Of a stretch of DNA of 64,000 nt, positions 35,780 to 49,235 are shown one piece after another. Source of the DNA: Takakia lepidozioides (Eukaryota > Plantae > Bryophyta); contig CM060731.1 of the NCBI GenBank assembly GCA_030704615.1, forward strand, positions 74,400,001 to 74,464,000, in the 5' to 3' direction. Position numbers and translations under genes: made by a program. Below the pieces are notes generated by a model. The model was not told the DNA's origin. It did not search any database and saw nothing but the letters and a program-made list of their open reading frames with translations. How positions within the stretch are numbered: the stretch's first letter is position 1; each line of letters starts with the position of its first letter.

Positions 35780-38700
35780 CATGGTGGAGGAACAAGTGGT
35801 CATGGTGGGATTTGCTAAGGAGATACCACGGGGTAATGGTGCTCCTAGCCAACCACTACCTCAACGTGCTCAAGGCAACAAGGGGGGCCAGGTGAAGCCC
35901 AGGGAAGGACAGAGAGGACCTCAGATGCAGGGGTCTCTCCCTTCATTTGCAGGCCAACAACGGGCAGAGGTGGTGTGTTGGACATGTGGAGGACCCCATG
36001 TCAAGAAGGATTGCCCAGAGGGAGGCAAAGGACTGGCATATGCACAGTTGTAGTGTGGGCATTGTGGCAAGCACGGGCATGGAGAGGCCCAGTGTTATGG
36101 TTTGCATCCTGAGTTGCGCCCAGGCCAGTTCCAAGGGAACAATGGTGGCCGGGGGCAAAGGTGGGGCAGCCCAGAGAGGACAAGGTGGCCAGGCATGAGG
36201 TGTAGGCCAAGGGCAAGCTCAACATGGCCAAGGACGCGAAGGTCGGGGTGTTGACCAAGGCATGGCCAACTGGCTTCAGCAGCTAGAGCAGAGGTTTGCT
36301 GCCATGGCTACAGCTCAGGTGGTACCGGCTCCAAGGCCGGATGGTCCACCTCCTGCTCCTGAGGGAGGAGATATGGGAGGCATGGGATTCATGTGCGGAG
36401 TAGCACTACCACTAGTGCAGGTGGAGTCTGCTACAGCCGTGACTCGAGGAGCAACACGAGTTCCTGAGCCACGAGGTGCAGAGGTGGAGTTGGATCCACG
36501 GCGTGGGGAGGCAAGCCGTCAGGCTAGGCTTCCTCAATCATTCACATTGGCGGAGACAGTGTCGACGCCATCCATGGCACCTAGTTCTCGCCCGACTGTT
36601 ACCGAGGCGGAGGTTACTATGCCATTGGGGAGAGCTGCACAGGCAGCACCACTACCTAGTGTTGCCAAGGCTACGGCAGCTAGTGTGCTGCTGGGAGCAG
36701 CCACATCTGTGTGTCAAGCTCCATTGTTCTCGGCTACCATGATTGCGACGTCGGGGGTAAGACCAGCTAAGGTGTTCAGGCTGGCAGCTACACTCTGTGA
36801 GAGTGGGGAGGTTACTTCATCTTCTGCGGAGATAGTGGGAGGTGTAGTGCCGGAGGGATCCTCGGATTTGAGGGTCAAGACTGCCACGGCGGCGCCATGG
36901 GAAGCTGCAGCTGCCAGGTTGATGGAGCTGCCAGCTAGGCCAGCCATTGAGCGCGCCATGGTGACACCTGGAGTTGTCATGTTAGACAACCAGGATGGCA
37001 TTTTTTGTTTGAGTGGACCGGAAGGCAAGAGATACCGGCCACTACGAGTTTTGTTGGACTCAGGAGCTCAGCCATTGATGTTGGGCAGAGCTGCTATTGT
37101 AGGCTTGGGCCTCACGGAGGCGGATATGGAGCCTTGTCCTTTCTAGATACAGACATCTCTGGGAGGATCGGAGCAGGCTCGGGGCATGACACGGCGTGAG
37201 TTGGCTATCAGACTACGGTCAGATCACCCTACAGATGGCTCAGTGATGCAAGCCAAGGCCATTGTGACAGACGCGGTCTCATACGATGTCCTGGTTGGTG
37301 GGGCAGTGTTGTACCCCATGGGCTTCACCCTGGATTTTTGGGAGGAGTCAGCTTCCTATAGGCCTGGATGGCAGTCAGGGGAGGGCGGACGTGTGCAGCT
37401 CCCTATGACGTTCATATGAAGAGTTCCGGTTGCCCAGCGAGACAAGATGCCGACACTAGCAGCATTCACAGCTTCAGTGAGTTGGCCTGTGCTTGAGGGC
37501 AACGCTCATTCAGAGAATGTGTCACCTCCGGGAGAGCAGGATGACATGTATGGTATAGCGGAGTTGCCTGCCATGATTGCTCAGACTCCATTGTGGAGCA
37601 CGAGCAAGGATTTGCAGCAGGTTGCTGATCGACGGGTGCAACAAGCCTGGGTAGAGGCTTTTGTACCATCAGGAGAGGAGGAGAGTGCGGGGATTGCACC
37701 AAGACCACCTCAGTTGTCTCCATTGGACACCGCACCTATTGTGAGTATCCGGATAAAGGCATTTGTCTTCTAGACTTGTTTGGCGGGATCAACACCGGAT
37801 TGGCTGTTGTGTTACAGGCGGGTATACGAGTTCGGCATTACCTGTGTGTGGAGAGGGATGAGACTGCACGACGCGTTTCACTTCGTCATGTTGCTCAGTT
37901 GGTGCAACAGTACCTTGAGTTGTTGCCGGTGTCTGCAGTTCGTGGATATCAGCAGGCCTTGCCAGCAGACATTTCGTTGTTGGGGACGCAGGATTTGGAG
38001 TGGGTTGGCTCCATTGATCTGGTAGTGGCAGGTTGGCCCTGCCAAGGGCATTCATCAGCCGGGCATGGCAATGGATTGCGAGACTCGAGGTCAGGTCTAT
38101 TTTGGGAGATGGTGCGGGTTTTGCGCCACTTGCAGCTTCATCAAGCTGTATCTCCAGCATACATCATGGAGAATATGCCACTGATGGATGATTCTCGGGC
38201 CAGGGTGATGGCCAGTGTGCATCAAGTCCGGTCGTGGCTTGGGTCAGCAGTGTTGCTGGATGAAGCTGCAGTGGGGTCACGGGCTCATTGTCAACGGCTA
38301 TGGTGGACTAACTTGATGCCACCCGCACTGCTCAAGCGTGGCCAACACACCTCACAGTGGATAGCATTTTGGACACAGGGAGGCAGTCTCAGCGCGTGAG
38401 GCACGATGACCGTTTGCCTTTGGCAGTGGTCAACAAGGTGGGTCAACCACGAACAACATTACCTACACTGCTCAACTTCCCAGGATCGCATGCTTTCCAA
38501 GATAGTGCACCTGGCCTCCTGTGGGATGCTCAATTGCAACAGTTAGTAGAGCCTAATGCTGACGAGTGTGAGCGGGTGATGGGTTTTACCACTGGTACCA
38601 CGGCGGTGCCGTCTCTTTCTGAGGCATCACGTCGTCAGGTGTTGGGGCAAGCAATGGATCTCAATTGCTTGACCTGGATTATCAACTTGGCTATGGCTAG

Positions 38701-41700
38701 TATACTTCCCTCGATGGTCTCTCTGCCTACCGAGACGGTACAGGCAGTGAGTGGGGGCGAGCATGAGAGGACCACGGGGTGCAGGCATCCATGGCATACG
38801 TGGGAGGTGCTCGAGGTTCAGAGGGAGTTGGCAGCCAAGGTGGCGGTGATGGATGAGGTTGGGGATTTTTCTTGGGTTGAAGAAGTCCTCGAGGATGAGA
38901 TGATGGGGCAGGATGAGGCCTTGTCATTGACTGAGCAGGTAGGGAGTACTGCTCAAGAGGTTACAACATAGCAACCACTGGACGCGTCCTCTACCTCTAA
39001 GCCACTGGACTTAAGGTTGCAGTTACGGAGGACAATTGGGAGCCTGACATTGGACCCATTGTCACCGGAGGAGAAAGACGACGTATACGGCGGTTCCTAA
39101 GGGCTTACAGGAATTGCTTTGCCTTCAGTTTGAAGGACTTGGGAGCACTGCAGGGTCAAGAGATTCGTATTGAGTTGGCCACTGACACGCCAATCTTTCG
39201 GAGACCCTATAGATATAGTGACATTGAGAGGTCTTTGATTCAGATGAGGACTCAAGATCTCTGGGAGGCTGGTTTGGTGGAGCTCTCTGGTGGAGAGTAT
39301 GCTTCAGCCACAGTGATGCCAGCCAAGAAGGATGTCTATGGCAATTGGACGGAGAGACGTATGTGCGGTGATTACCGGCCTGTAAATCATCAGACCAAGT
39401 CCGATAAATATGCCGTGCCAACACCAGAGGAGATCTTTGATGCCATCGGGCATGCTAAGGTCTTTGGCACTTTGGATTTACGATCCGGATATCATCAGTT
39501 GCCGATCAAAGAGGCGGACAAGCAGAAGACGACATCCTGGGGGATCAATGAGCACGGCAAGGATTGCCTATATCAGTGGCGGTTCTTACCATTTGGGCTT
39601 AAGAACGCTCATGCAGAGTTTCAGAGAGTCATGGATAGGATTCTAGCAGGGGTGGACTTTGCTTGGTGCTACATAGATGACATCATCATCTTTAGTGCTA
39701 CGGTGGAGGAGCATGAGAGACACCTTCAGGTGGTATTGGAGCGCTTGAGAGCGCACGGATTGAAGTTGCATCCGAGGAAGTGCAAGTTTTTCCACAACAA
39801 GATTGAGTATCTGGGTCACATGATATATCCTGGAGGATTGGGGGTACAGTAGACTAAGATAGAGGCCATTGCACAAATTCCACGCCCCACGGATGTGAGC
39901 CGAGTTTGAGCTTTCATGGGGTTGGCAAACTATTATAGACGGTTTGTCAAGGGATTTAGTGCCATTGCAAAGGCTCTAACCAAGTTGACCAAGGTGGACC
40001 AGGAGTAGCAGTGGGAAGATGAGCAGAAACGAGCTTTTCAAGAGCTCAAGGCGAGGTTGACCTCGGCGCCTATCCTGATACGACCTATCAGGGGGCGTCC
40101 CTTTCAGCTGCATATGGATTGGAGCATGTTGGGGCTTGGAGTGGTGCTCACACAGGTGGATGATGAGGGAAGAGAGTTCATAGTGGCTTATGCTAGCCAC
40201 TCGAACAACACTGCAGAGGCTAAGTATAGCTCATATGAGGGAGAGTGTTTAGCTGCAGTGTGGGTCGTGACACACTTTAGGTGGATCACCAACCACTCAA
40301 ATGGTTGATGGAGTCAGACAAGTTTACGGGGAAGCTTGCACGGTGGGAACTCATACTCCAGGAGTATAACTTTCAGGTTGTGCATTGACCGGGTTTGGTC
40401 AATCGGTAAAACAGGATGATACTGGAGCTCGGTGGCATGATGAGATGGACAAGGAGATGGTGTCGGGATGGCACGCATCTGCATTTTTGTGTATCTTGGC
40501 ATCGGGAGGTCAAGTTGGACCTACAACAGGGATGACTGTAGACGGAGTGTCTGAGGACCCTGAGGCTAGTGATGAGCCAAGTGGTACCAGAGATATACAT
40601 GAGGATTCGGCTGTGTTGGACTACCTCCGCACGGGAGACACGGCAGCCACTATGACTGCCAGGGAGAGGGATCGGATCCTGCAACGAGCCAAGAGGTTCA
40701 AGTGGGAGGGGATACATCTGCTTTGAGTGTGGGAGGATGGTCGGGTGAGGATTGTGCCTCACCCAACACAGCGTGCACGGTTAGTGCGGCATGGCCATGA
40801 GGAGTTGGGGCATTTTGGAGTGCGACGCACTCACAATTTACTGCAGGGGCAGTATTGGTGGCGTGGTATGCATACAGAGGTGCAACAGTTCGTGGCTAGG
40901 TGCATGGTGTGTGACAAAGTGCGTGCTTTATTCAACGCCTCTACATCACAGTTGTATCCTTTACCAATCATGGGATTGGGCTACAAGTGGAGTCTTGACT
41001 TCGCAGGACCGTTGCCACTGACTATGCGTCACCACAGATATGTATTGGCGATGGTGGAGCACTTTTCCAAGTGGATTGAGTTGGTTCCATTGCCTAACAA
41101 GGCTAGTGAGGGGGCTGCGTATGCATTCTTGGATCGTGTGCTTAGCCGATTCGGTGCTCCAGCTACGGTACTCACGGACCAAGGGAGAGAGTTCTTGGGG
41201 GAGTTTCAGGCTTTGTATGATAAAGCCTTGATAGACCACCGCACCACTTCTCGGAATCATCCTGAGGCCGATGGCTTGGCAGAGAGAGTTGTTCAGACGG
41301 TGAAGAGGGGTTTGCGCAAGTATGGCTTGCAGAAGGGACACCTAGGAGATTGGGATCTTCAGGTGCCTTGGTTAGCCATGGGCTACAGGTTCAGCAAACA
41401 AGCATCACTTGCCTCCTTCTCACCATATTTCCTTCTCTTTGGCCGAGAGCCGGATTTGCCTGCAGCCATTCGTAGAGACACTGCTTAAGTCCTTAACCTT
41501 GACGATCCCGACATGTGGGTACATGCATGTGGTCAGCGTATAGAGTTGTTCAAGAAAGTCATGCCCATGGCTTTTGAGAACCTTGCCATTGCACAGCACC
41601 GTGATACGTTGAGGTATGCCACTGTACGTGGTGGAGGATATTGTCCTGGGGTTCAGAGGTTTAGCCCTAGTGACTATGTTTATTTGCAGCAAACTGCTCC

Positions 41701-42037
41701 TACGACCCTAGATGTCACTGCAGGGCGTGTTATTCTAAGGGTTCGAGAGGTGTTGCCTTCAGGAGTCCTGATCTTGGAGGGTCGGGATGGCATGACTTGG
41801 AAAGACCATGTGCGTAATTGTACGCCATGTCACCTTCCCAATGTTGATGGCAGAGTTGACCCAAACTTGTCAGTGGTACCTGCAGGTTTGAGGTGCATGC
41901 TTTATGGGTCTGCCAAAGGGGCAGCCACCATGCTGGTGTGTGATCGATGCTCAAGAGGTTGGCATATGGGATGCTTGACACCACCTCTTGAGAGGGTTCC
42001 TGATGGAGATTGGTTATATCCACACTGCCTGAGATAG
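35780..42037 (+). pseudogene. Decayed gag(3' half)-PR-DNMT-RT-RH-IN-PHD of copy 2
   Basis: LLDSGA, FGGINTG, GWPCQ, IMENMP, YIDD, LDFAGP, TDQGREF and a PHD remnant; multiple CAG>TAG and CGA>TGA stops. Confidence 0.93.
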
Positions 42038-44552
42038 TGGCAGTGGACATGACTAGAGGCAGCTAACAAGACATGGGAGGCCAAGCTCATAAGAGTCAAT
42101 ACATAAGATCCCAGGCTCAAGTTCATAGGTTGCAAGACGGCGACTAACGATGGGGCAACTCTTGCACCCGGCCTCTTGATCTATCGAGTTTGAATGTAGT
42201 AGGGACAGTGGTGGAGGACTTAGTGAGGCTATGGTCACTATCACATCTTGTGGCTACCTAGACTTAGAGGGACCTAAGCACCAGCTAGGGGGGCGATTGT
42301 GTGGACTAGTGACTGCCATAGTGGGCAACATAGTGGCAGCCTAGTGACTGACTAGTTGTAGCCTAGTGGTTGGACTACTGGCTGGACAAGTGGTGGACTA
42401 GTGGTATACTAGTGTGTGGTGTGCACATGTATTGTGTGATTTTGGACAGCGATGTAGTTGTGTAGCGATATGTATGCGCACGACAGCTGTCAAGTTATTT
42501 TACCACTAGTGTGAAACTAGCTAGCTTTTACATATTGACATTTGGGATTGGCCCAAGTGTCAATCCAGGGGTCAAGGCAGATTTAGGCCCTGGAGTGGTT
42601 ATCTTCACGGCAAGCGCGGGAGACTCATCTTTCTCAAGTTGAGCCTCACCGCGCCTAGCTATGGCACCGTAGTGTGGATTTCCCATGGTGTGGGGTGCAC
42701 TTGGCTTGACTTGTATTTGAGTGATGAGGATATATGCATGAGTTTATGCTTCAGCTTTGTGAGCTCGCATGAGCTTGTGCTTGTATTCTTCTTCTTTATC
42801 ATTGTGTGGACTAGTGACTGTCATAGTGGGCAGCATAGTGGGAGCCTAGTGACTGACTAGTTGTAGCCTAGTGGTTGGACTAGTGGTTGGACTAGTGGTG
42901 GACTAGTGGTATACTAGTGTGTGGTGTGCACATGTGTTGTGTGGTTTTGGACAGTGATCGTAGTTGTGTAGCAATATGTATGCGCACGACAATTTCAACA
43001 CTATGGCTGAACGAGATGTGGTGTCGTGGATCGCGATGCTTGCAGGGGTATACACAACAGGGGTGTGGGATGGAGGCTTTGGAGACCTATGAGCAAATGA
43101 TGGGGGAAGGGGTGAAGCCCAACCACATCACGTTTGTGTGCGTTTGCAAGACGAGTACAAGCCTGGCAGCCCAGGAAAATGACAAAGAGGTGCATGGTTG
43201 CATCGCCAAAGCTCGAATTGTACTAGATGTGATTCTGAACAATACACTCGTTGACATGTATGCCAAATGTGGGAGCATTGAGGATGCGGAAGGAGTGTTC
43301 AACAGTATGGCTGAACGAGATTTGGTGTCATGGAATGCCATGCTTGCAGGATATGCACAGTGGGGGCGCGGGTCGATGGAGGCCTTGGAGACCTATGAAC
43401 ATATGATGGGGGAAGGGGTGAAGTACAACCACATCAGTATCACCTTTATGTGTGTTCTCTCTCTGCATGCAGCAACACCAGTATCACTTTTATGTGTGTT
43501 CTCTCTCTACATGCAGCCACACTGACCTTTTGAATGAAGGAAGACGCTACTTCGATTCCTTGAGTCAAGATCATGGTGTCAGTGCCCCTCCAGTAAAGTA
43601 TTTTGGTTTCATGGTGGACCTTCTGGACGCGCGGGCCAACTACATGAGGCAGTGGACTTGATTAATAAAATGCCAATCAATCCAGATGTTGTGGTGTGGA
43701 AGGCCTTGCTTGGTGCCTGCAGAATCCATGGCAATGTGGAGATGGCTGTGGCAACATTATCCTCAGGTGGGATGAACAGGATGCCCCGACTTATGTGTTG
43801 CTATATGAAACATCTATGCTACAGCTGGCAAGTGGGATAATACTGCAAAGGTGAGAAGAATGATGAAGGTCAAAGGTTAGAAAGGAGCCTGATGACAAGT
43901 TGCATCCTAGAATTAAGGAAATCCATGCTGAGCTGAGAAGATTGTATGGGCAGATGAAGGAGGCCAGGTATGTGCCTGACACACGCTCTTTATTGCATGA
44001 TATGAAGGAAATGAATTTTCTCTTTGCCACCACAGTGAGAAGCTGGCCATTGGTTTTGGGCTGATCAGCACGACTCATCAAGAATATTCGAGGGTGTAGA
44101 GACTGCCACACCTCCACCAAATTCATCTCAAAGATTGTTGGCCGAGCAATTGTTGTATGGGACGCTAACTACTTTCCATCACTTTGAAGATGGGATTTGT
44201 TCTTGTGGTGATTAGTGGTGAAAGGATGTTTTCTTGGAAAGATGCTAGTGTCTTGCTTCATTCATTGATGTGTGTAGCTACTTAGATCATCCACCATTTC
44301 CTGATAATACTGACCATCATGTACTGTTGAGTGTGCAAGATGCAAGTGTCTTACTTCATTCATTGATCTGTGTAGCTGCTCAGATCATCCACCATTTCCT
44401 GATAATGGGGTCTACCCGGCATAGGTGGGAGGTGAGCCCACAATTGCACTTGATTGAAGGGGTGATTTTTGACTGATTCTGGTGACCGTGGATGGAAATC
44501 AGGGTGCTGGTCAGAGGGGTTAGAAATGAGCTAGATGACAAGTTGCATCCCA

Positions 44553-47500
44553 CACTAGAAAGAAAACGTGGAATAACCACTACTGTCTTTTCCCACTCTA
44601 TAAACCACTAGTAACCACTTGCCAGTGGTTAATCCCAATGAAATGCCACGGTGGCATCACAGACAGTGGTTGGAAGTGGTTTCAACCACTCAGTAGTCCA
44701 CGTGTAATAATTTGTTTTCATTTATTATTTATTATTTGATAATATATTTTAGTTAATAAATATAATATTCCACGTGGACAGGTGCAGTGGTATTTAGTGA
44801 GTGGTTAAAGACACCTCAGTGATGGGAAGTGGTTGAAACCACTTGCTACTCCACGTGTAATAATTCAAATTTTATTTATGAGTTATGATTTGAAAATCTA
44901 TTTTAATTAATATAATATAATATTCCACGTGGACGGGGACAGTGCACATTGATCTTGAGTGGTTAAAGACACCTCATTGATTTGTACCACTTTGACAGTG
45001 GTAGAGAGTGGGTGGTGAAAGACACTACAGTACTTGGAACCACTATTCTAGTGGTCACTAATGAGTGGTTGCCTACACAACAGTGATTGGTACCACTTTT
45101 GTGGTGATATATAAAAAACTTTAAGTGGATTGTGCACTTGTGACAGACTTTGAAAAGCAGACAAGTGTCCAGACCATTGTAGGATGACGCTATTGAACAA
45201 ATGGTTCCAACAATAAACTTTATTCTGAATCCGAAACATATTCGTCACCCTCTGAATCACTTTCCTCAACTAGAATAGCGGTTGGTTGTACAAATGCCGT
45301 TTGAATGCAGGTAGCCAACATAGCCAGGTCTTCAGTCTCTCATGTTAGTTCTAGAATGTTATGTGGTTAAAGACACCTCAGTGATTAGTACCACTTGGAC
45401 AGTGATACATAGTGAGTGGTTAAAGACACCGCAGTGATTGGTATCACTTGGACGGTGGTAGATTGTGAGTGGTTAAAGACACCTCAGTGACTGGTACTAC
45501 TCTTGTGGTGATATATGAAAATGTTTAAGTGGTTTGTGCATCTGTGGCAGACTTTAAATAGCATACAAGTGTCCAAATCGTTGTAGGATGATGTTATTGA
45601 ACAGATGGTTCCAAACAATCAACTTTATTCTGAATCTGAATCACAGTATTCATTCTCTGAAACATTTTCCTCAACTGGAACAATGTTTGGTCCTACGAAA
45701 CTAGCTTGAAATATGGAAGCCAACATAGCCAACTCTTCTCCACTTAGAATCGTGGAACCATCTAATGACCTATGTATGGGCTGATCTGATAAGGTAGAGG
45801 GTGCCCATAGACCATCAAAATTTGTATTTTCTCCAATGTCCAAACTTCAACGATGAATTTTATATTAAGCCAGTTCCAAAAATACAAAATTTCCAAATAA
45901 TTGAACTCACTACAAGGCTTGACAGTAGTTGTTTACATTTCATTCAAATTATTATATGTCACATCTAGTAAATAAGCCTGATTTGTGAGCTGTAGCTCCT
46001 AGGTGTTTCCCTTTATTTTTTATTTAATTTAATATACTTTGGAAAAATCTATAGATTTTTTGCAAGATCCCAAAAATGAGGTGTAGGTAGGTAGCATTGT
46101 AAGCTCTGAAGCTATCCCCAAAAAACTACGTCAAACAGGTTTCATATGACCCGGATATGGCCAAACATGCATTACATAATTTAAATTTGGTCATATTAAT
46201 TAGTTCATTTTGGCCTGCCTTTATCAATTTCTACTACCACTTCATATAAAAGGTAACAATAAAGTGAAATTCACATATCTTACCACATATAAAAAGGACG
46301 TAGCAGGATTTGAGCCCCAAACCACTGGGGAAACCAAAAGTGTACTATCCAATAAAAGTTCAAAATAATTCAAAATGGATTTAGGGTTGCGGGGTTGTAT
46401 GTTGAACGAGGAGTCTTGGACTTGGTCGTTTTTCTTTGTTTGTGTCGTGGGATGATTTGCAGGTGCATAGCTAAGGTCCGAGATGGAAGCCTTGGAGACC
46501 ACCTGCGATCAAGCGATGCGTGGAGGGAAGTGTTTGATGGGCAAACGAGATGTGGTGTTCTGGAGTGCTATGATTGCAGGACATGCACAACATGGATATG
46601 GGGGATGGAGGCTTTGGAGACCTCTGAGCAAATGCACATCAGCAAGGGGTGAAGCCAGACCAAGTCACATTCATTTCTGTTGTGCCCTATCTTCATGCCA
46701 ATTTCTCCAATTTGGGTGTGCTATGGCTTGGTGGATTTGTAGCAAGTAGGTGATGAAGATATGCTAGCCTTCAGAGCCATAAAGATTTTCAAGGGGTTGT
46801 GGTCTGGCCCCCAACAGATCTGCACTTGTAGTTCAAGTTTTCGGATGCTCAGGTACTCAGATGGGCCTATCTTCTTGCCAGTTGCTCCAATTGTGGTGTG
46901 CTATGGCTTGAAACATTTCTAACAACTAGTGTGATCACATTATGGTGGCCTCCTGAGCTCTGAATTTTCTTAAGGGGTCTTGGTCTGGCCCCCACCAAAC
47001 CTGTACTTGTTGCTCAAGTTTCCCGACGTTTAGGTACTCAGATGGGCCTATCTTCTTGCCAATTGCTCCAATTGTGATGTGCTATGGCTTGAAATACTTC
47101 TCACAACTAGTGTAATCAACATATTATGGCCTTCAAAGATTTAAGGGGTTGTGGTCTGGCCCCCAACAGATCTGCACTTGTAGTTCAAGTCAACATATTA
47201 TGGCCTTCAGAGATTTAAGGGATTGTGGTCGGGCCCCCAACAGATCTGCACTTGTTGACAAGTTTCTGGACATTCAGGTACTCAAATGGGTCTATGTTGT
47301 TGCCAATTGCTCCAATTGTGGTGTGCTATGGCTTGACACATTTCTAACAACTAGTGTGATCAAGTTATATCACTGTCGTGTTATACCTGAAGGATTGTGG
47401 CAGGTTTAGGTGAATAATATCTATATTGTCAATTGTGTCTTGCCTCACCCTAACGAGGAAGAGGTCCCACCGCAAACAATGTTGGAGGATGTCGTCGGTC

Positions 47501-48622
47501 TGAATTGTCTTTGGCCAAAGAAGGACACGAAGAGGGCTTAGAATTTCGTTCGCCTGGGCGTAGACATTGCTGGCAGTGAGAAGAAGGCAGGAAATCAGTT
47601 TAGTGTTCCTAGCATGCATGCGGAGATGCCGTGTAAAAGTTAGGCTCAGACTTTTATCATGGCTGGATTTTGTTGACAGTGTTCCAACACTTACTCTTTG
47701 GGATTCTATTCTATTTTGTGGAGCTTGAATCCCAAATGGTGCTTCTTTCACTATACTAGTGGTATGTGTTCATCTAGTCATGTTCCTAATCACTTGCATA
47801 TCACTGTAATAATGATATAATTTAAAACTATGGGAGTAGCCAGATGCACACAATTGCCTCCATTACCACTCATGTAGTGGTATAAATAATCACCTATATA
47901 TTACTGTATTAGTGGTATGAATTCCTCCAGTGGTATTCCTAATCACATATACACCACTCTGTTAGTATTCATTCCAATCCATAGTTCCTACTCAAAGAGA
48001 CACCATGGATGACTCAAACAGCTCACATACCACTCTGTGGGTAATCATTCCAAAGACCTGCTGAGAGACATCATCCACTCACATAACCACGTTGTGAGTG
48101 ATATTGTATATTCTTAGTTTTCATAGCATAACTCTGTGAGTCATTTCGTGATCACTCAACAAGTGGTTTCGGAAGTCATTGAATTTTTCACTCCATCCAT
48201 TTCGTAGCGCCACCGACATAGGACATGTGTCCATGCTGAGAGTGTTGCCACGTGTCGACATAATCTCTAATATCATCCACGGACCACCGACTTACATGTG
48301 TCCATTGGAAAACGGAAGTGGTTACTTTACCACTATGACACGTCAGTTTACCACTGTGACACATCATAAGTGGTTGGTTTACCTCAGTGACACATCATTG
48401 ATACGTCACAGTGGTTAATTTACCATTGTGATACGTCAGCGAACAGGTGGACCCAGACGTAAGTGTTTTGAACTTAACCACTGGTGCCACATAATGTCTT
48501 TTATCACTCACTTGTCCTAATCCACTGGTTTTTCATCACTCTGGGGCCAGAGTGGTTTAGTGTCTTTTACCACTCAAAATGAGTGGTTAACAGAGTGGTT
48601 ATTCCGTGTTTTCCTTCTAGTG
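44553..48622. mobile_element. Non-autonomous CACTA (En/Spm) element, 4070 bp
   Basis: TIRs CACTAGAAAGAAAACGTGGAATAACCAC / GTGGTTATTCCGTGTTTTCCTTCTAGTG, 3-bp TSD CCA, ACCACT subterminal repeats, no transposase ORF. Confidence 0.92.
46690..47365 (+). repeat. ~180-bp tandem repeat (about 3.5 units) inside the CACTA element
   Basis: Recurring ggtctggcccccaacagatctgcacttg and ttgctccaattgtggtgtgctatggcttg. Confidence 0.8.
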
Positions 48623-49235
48623 CCAGAATTAAGGAAATCCATGCTGAGCTGAGAAGATTGTATGGGCAGATGAAGGAGGCGAGGTATGTGCCTGACACAC
48701 GCTCTTTATTGCATGATATGGAGGAAATGAATTTTCTCTTTGCCACCACCGTGAGAAGCTAGCCATTGGTTTTGGGCTGATCAACACGACTCATCAAAGA
48801 ATCTTCGAGTGTGTGGAGACTGCCACACCTCCACCAAATTCATCTCAAAGATTGTTGGCCGAGCAATTGTTGTATGGGACGCTAACTACTTTCCACCACT
48901 TTGAAGATGGGATTTGTTCTTGTGGTGATTAGTGGTGAAAGGATGTTTTCTTGGAAAGATGCTAGTGTCTTGCTTCATTCATTGATGTGTGTAGCTACTT
49001 AGATCATCCACCATTTCCTGAGAGTACTGACCATCATGTACTGTTGAGTGTGCAAGATGCAAGTGTCTTGCTTCATCCATCCATTCATTGTGTAGATTCA
49101 TTCATTACTCAGACCATCCACCATTTCCTAATAGTGGGGTCTACCCGGCATGGGTGGGAAATCAGCCCACAAGTGCACTTGACTGAAGGGGTGATTTTTT
49201 ACTGATTCTGGTGACAGTGGATGGAAATCAGAGTA
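48623..49235 (+). pseudogene. Tandem duplicate of the DYW domain and 3' UTR (its 5' part is at ~44515-44552, split off by the CACTA element)
   Basis: Close copy of ~43905-44505, including the same GAT TAG TGG TGA ending (48927-48938). Confidence 0.88.

Larger units (their letters stand above)
33914..42991 (+). mobile_element. Second, decayed copy of the DNMT/PHD Ty3-like retrotransposon with split direct repeats
   Basis: TG...CA ends, ATTT TSD (33910-33913 / 42992-42995); A1 33914-34239, B1 42296-42485, gc, A2 42488-42800, B2 42801-42991. The coding region 35780-42037 is homologous to copy 1 but has many stops. Confidence 0.95.
32862..44221 (+). pseudogene. PLS-E-DYW PPR RNA-editing factor pseudogene, interrupted by retroelement copy 2
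   Basis: Repeated ACASLGALEKGKEVH..LVDMYAKCG..RDVVSW motifs at 32862-33913 and 42996-43500; E domain VVWKALLGACRIHGN; DYW region [26 protein letters not shown] with frameshifts. Confidence 0.9.

Noticed and set aside
43860-44221. U-to-C (DYW:KP) editing factor
   Set aside because: The active-site motif reads HSE with a DYW-type ending, the PG-box region is largely missing, and the copy is disrupted.
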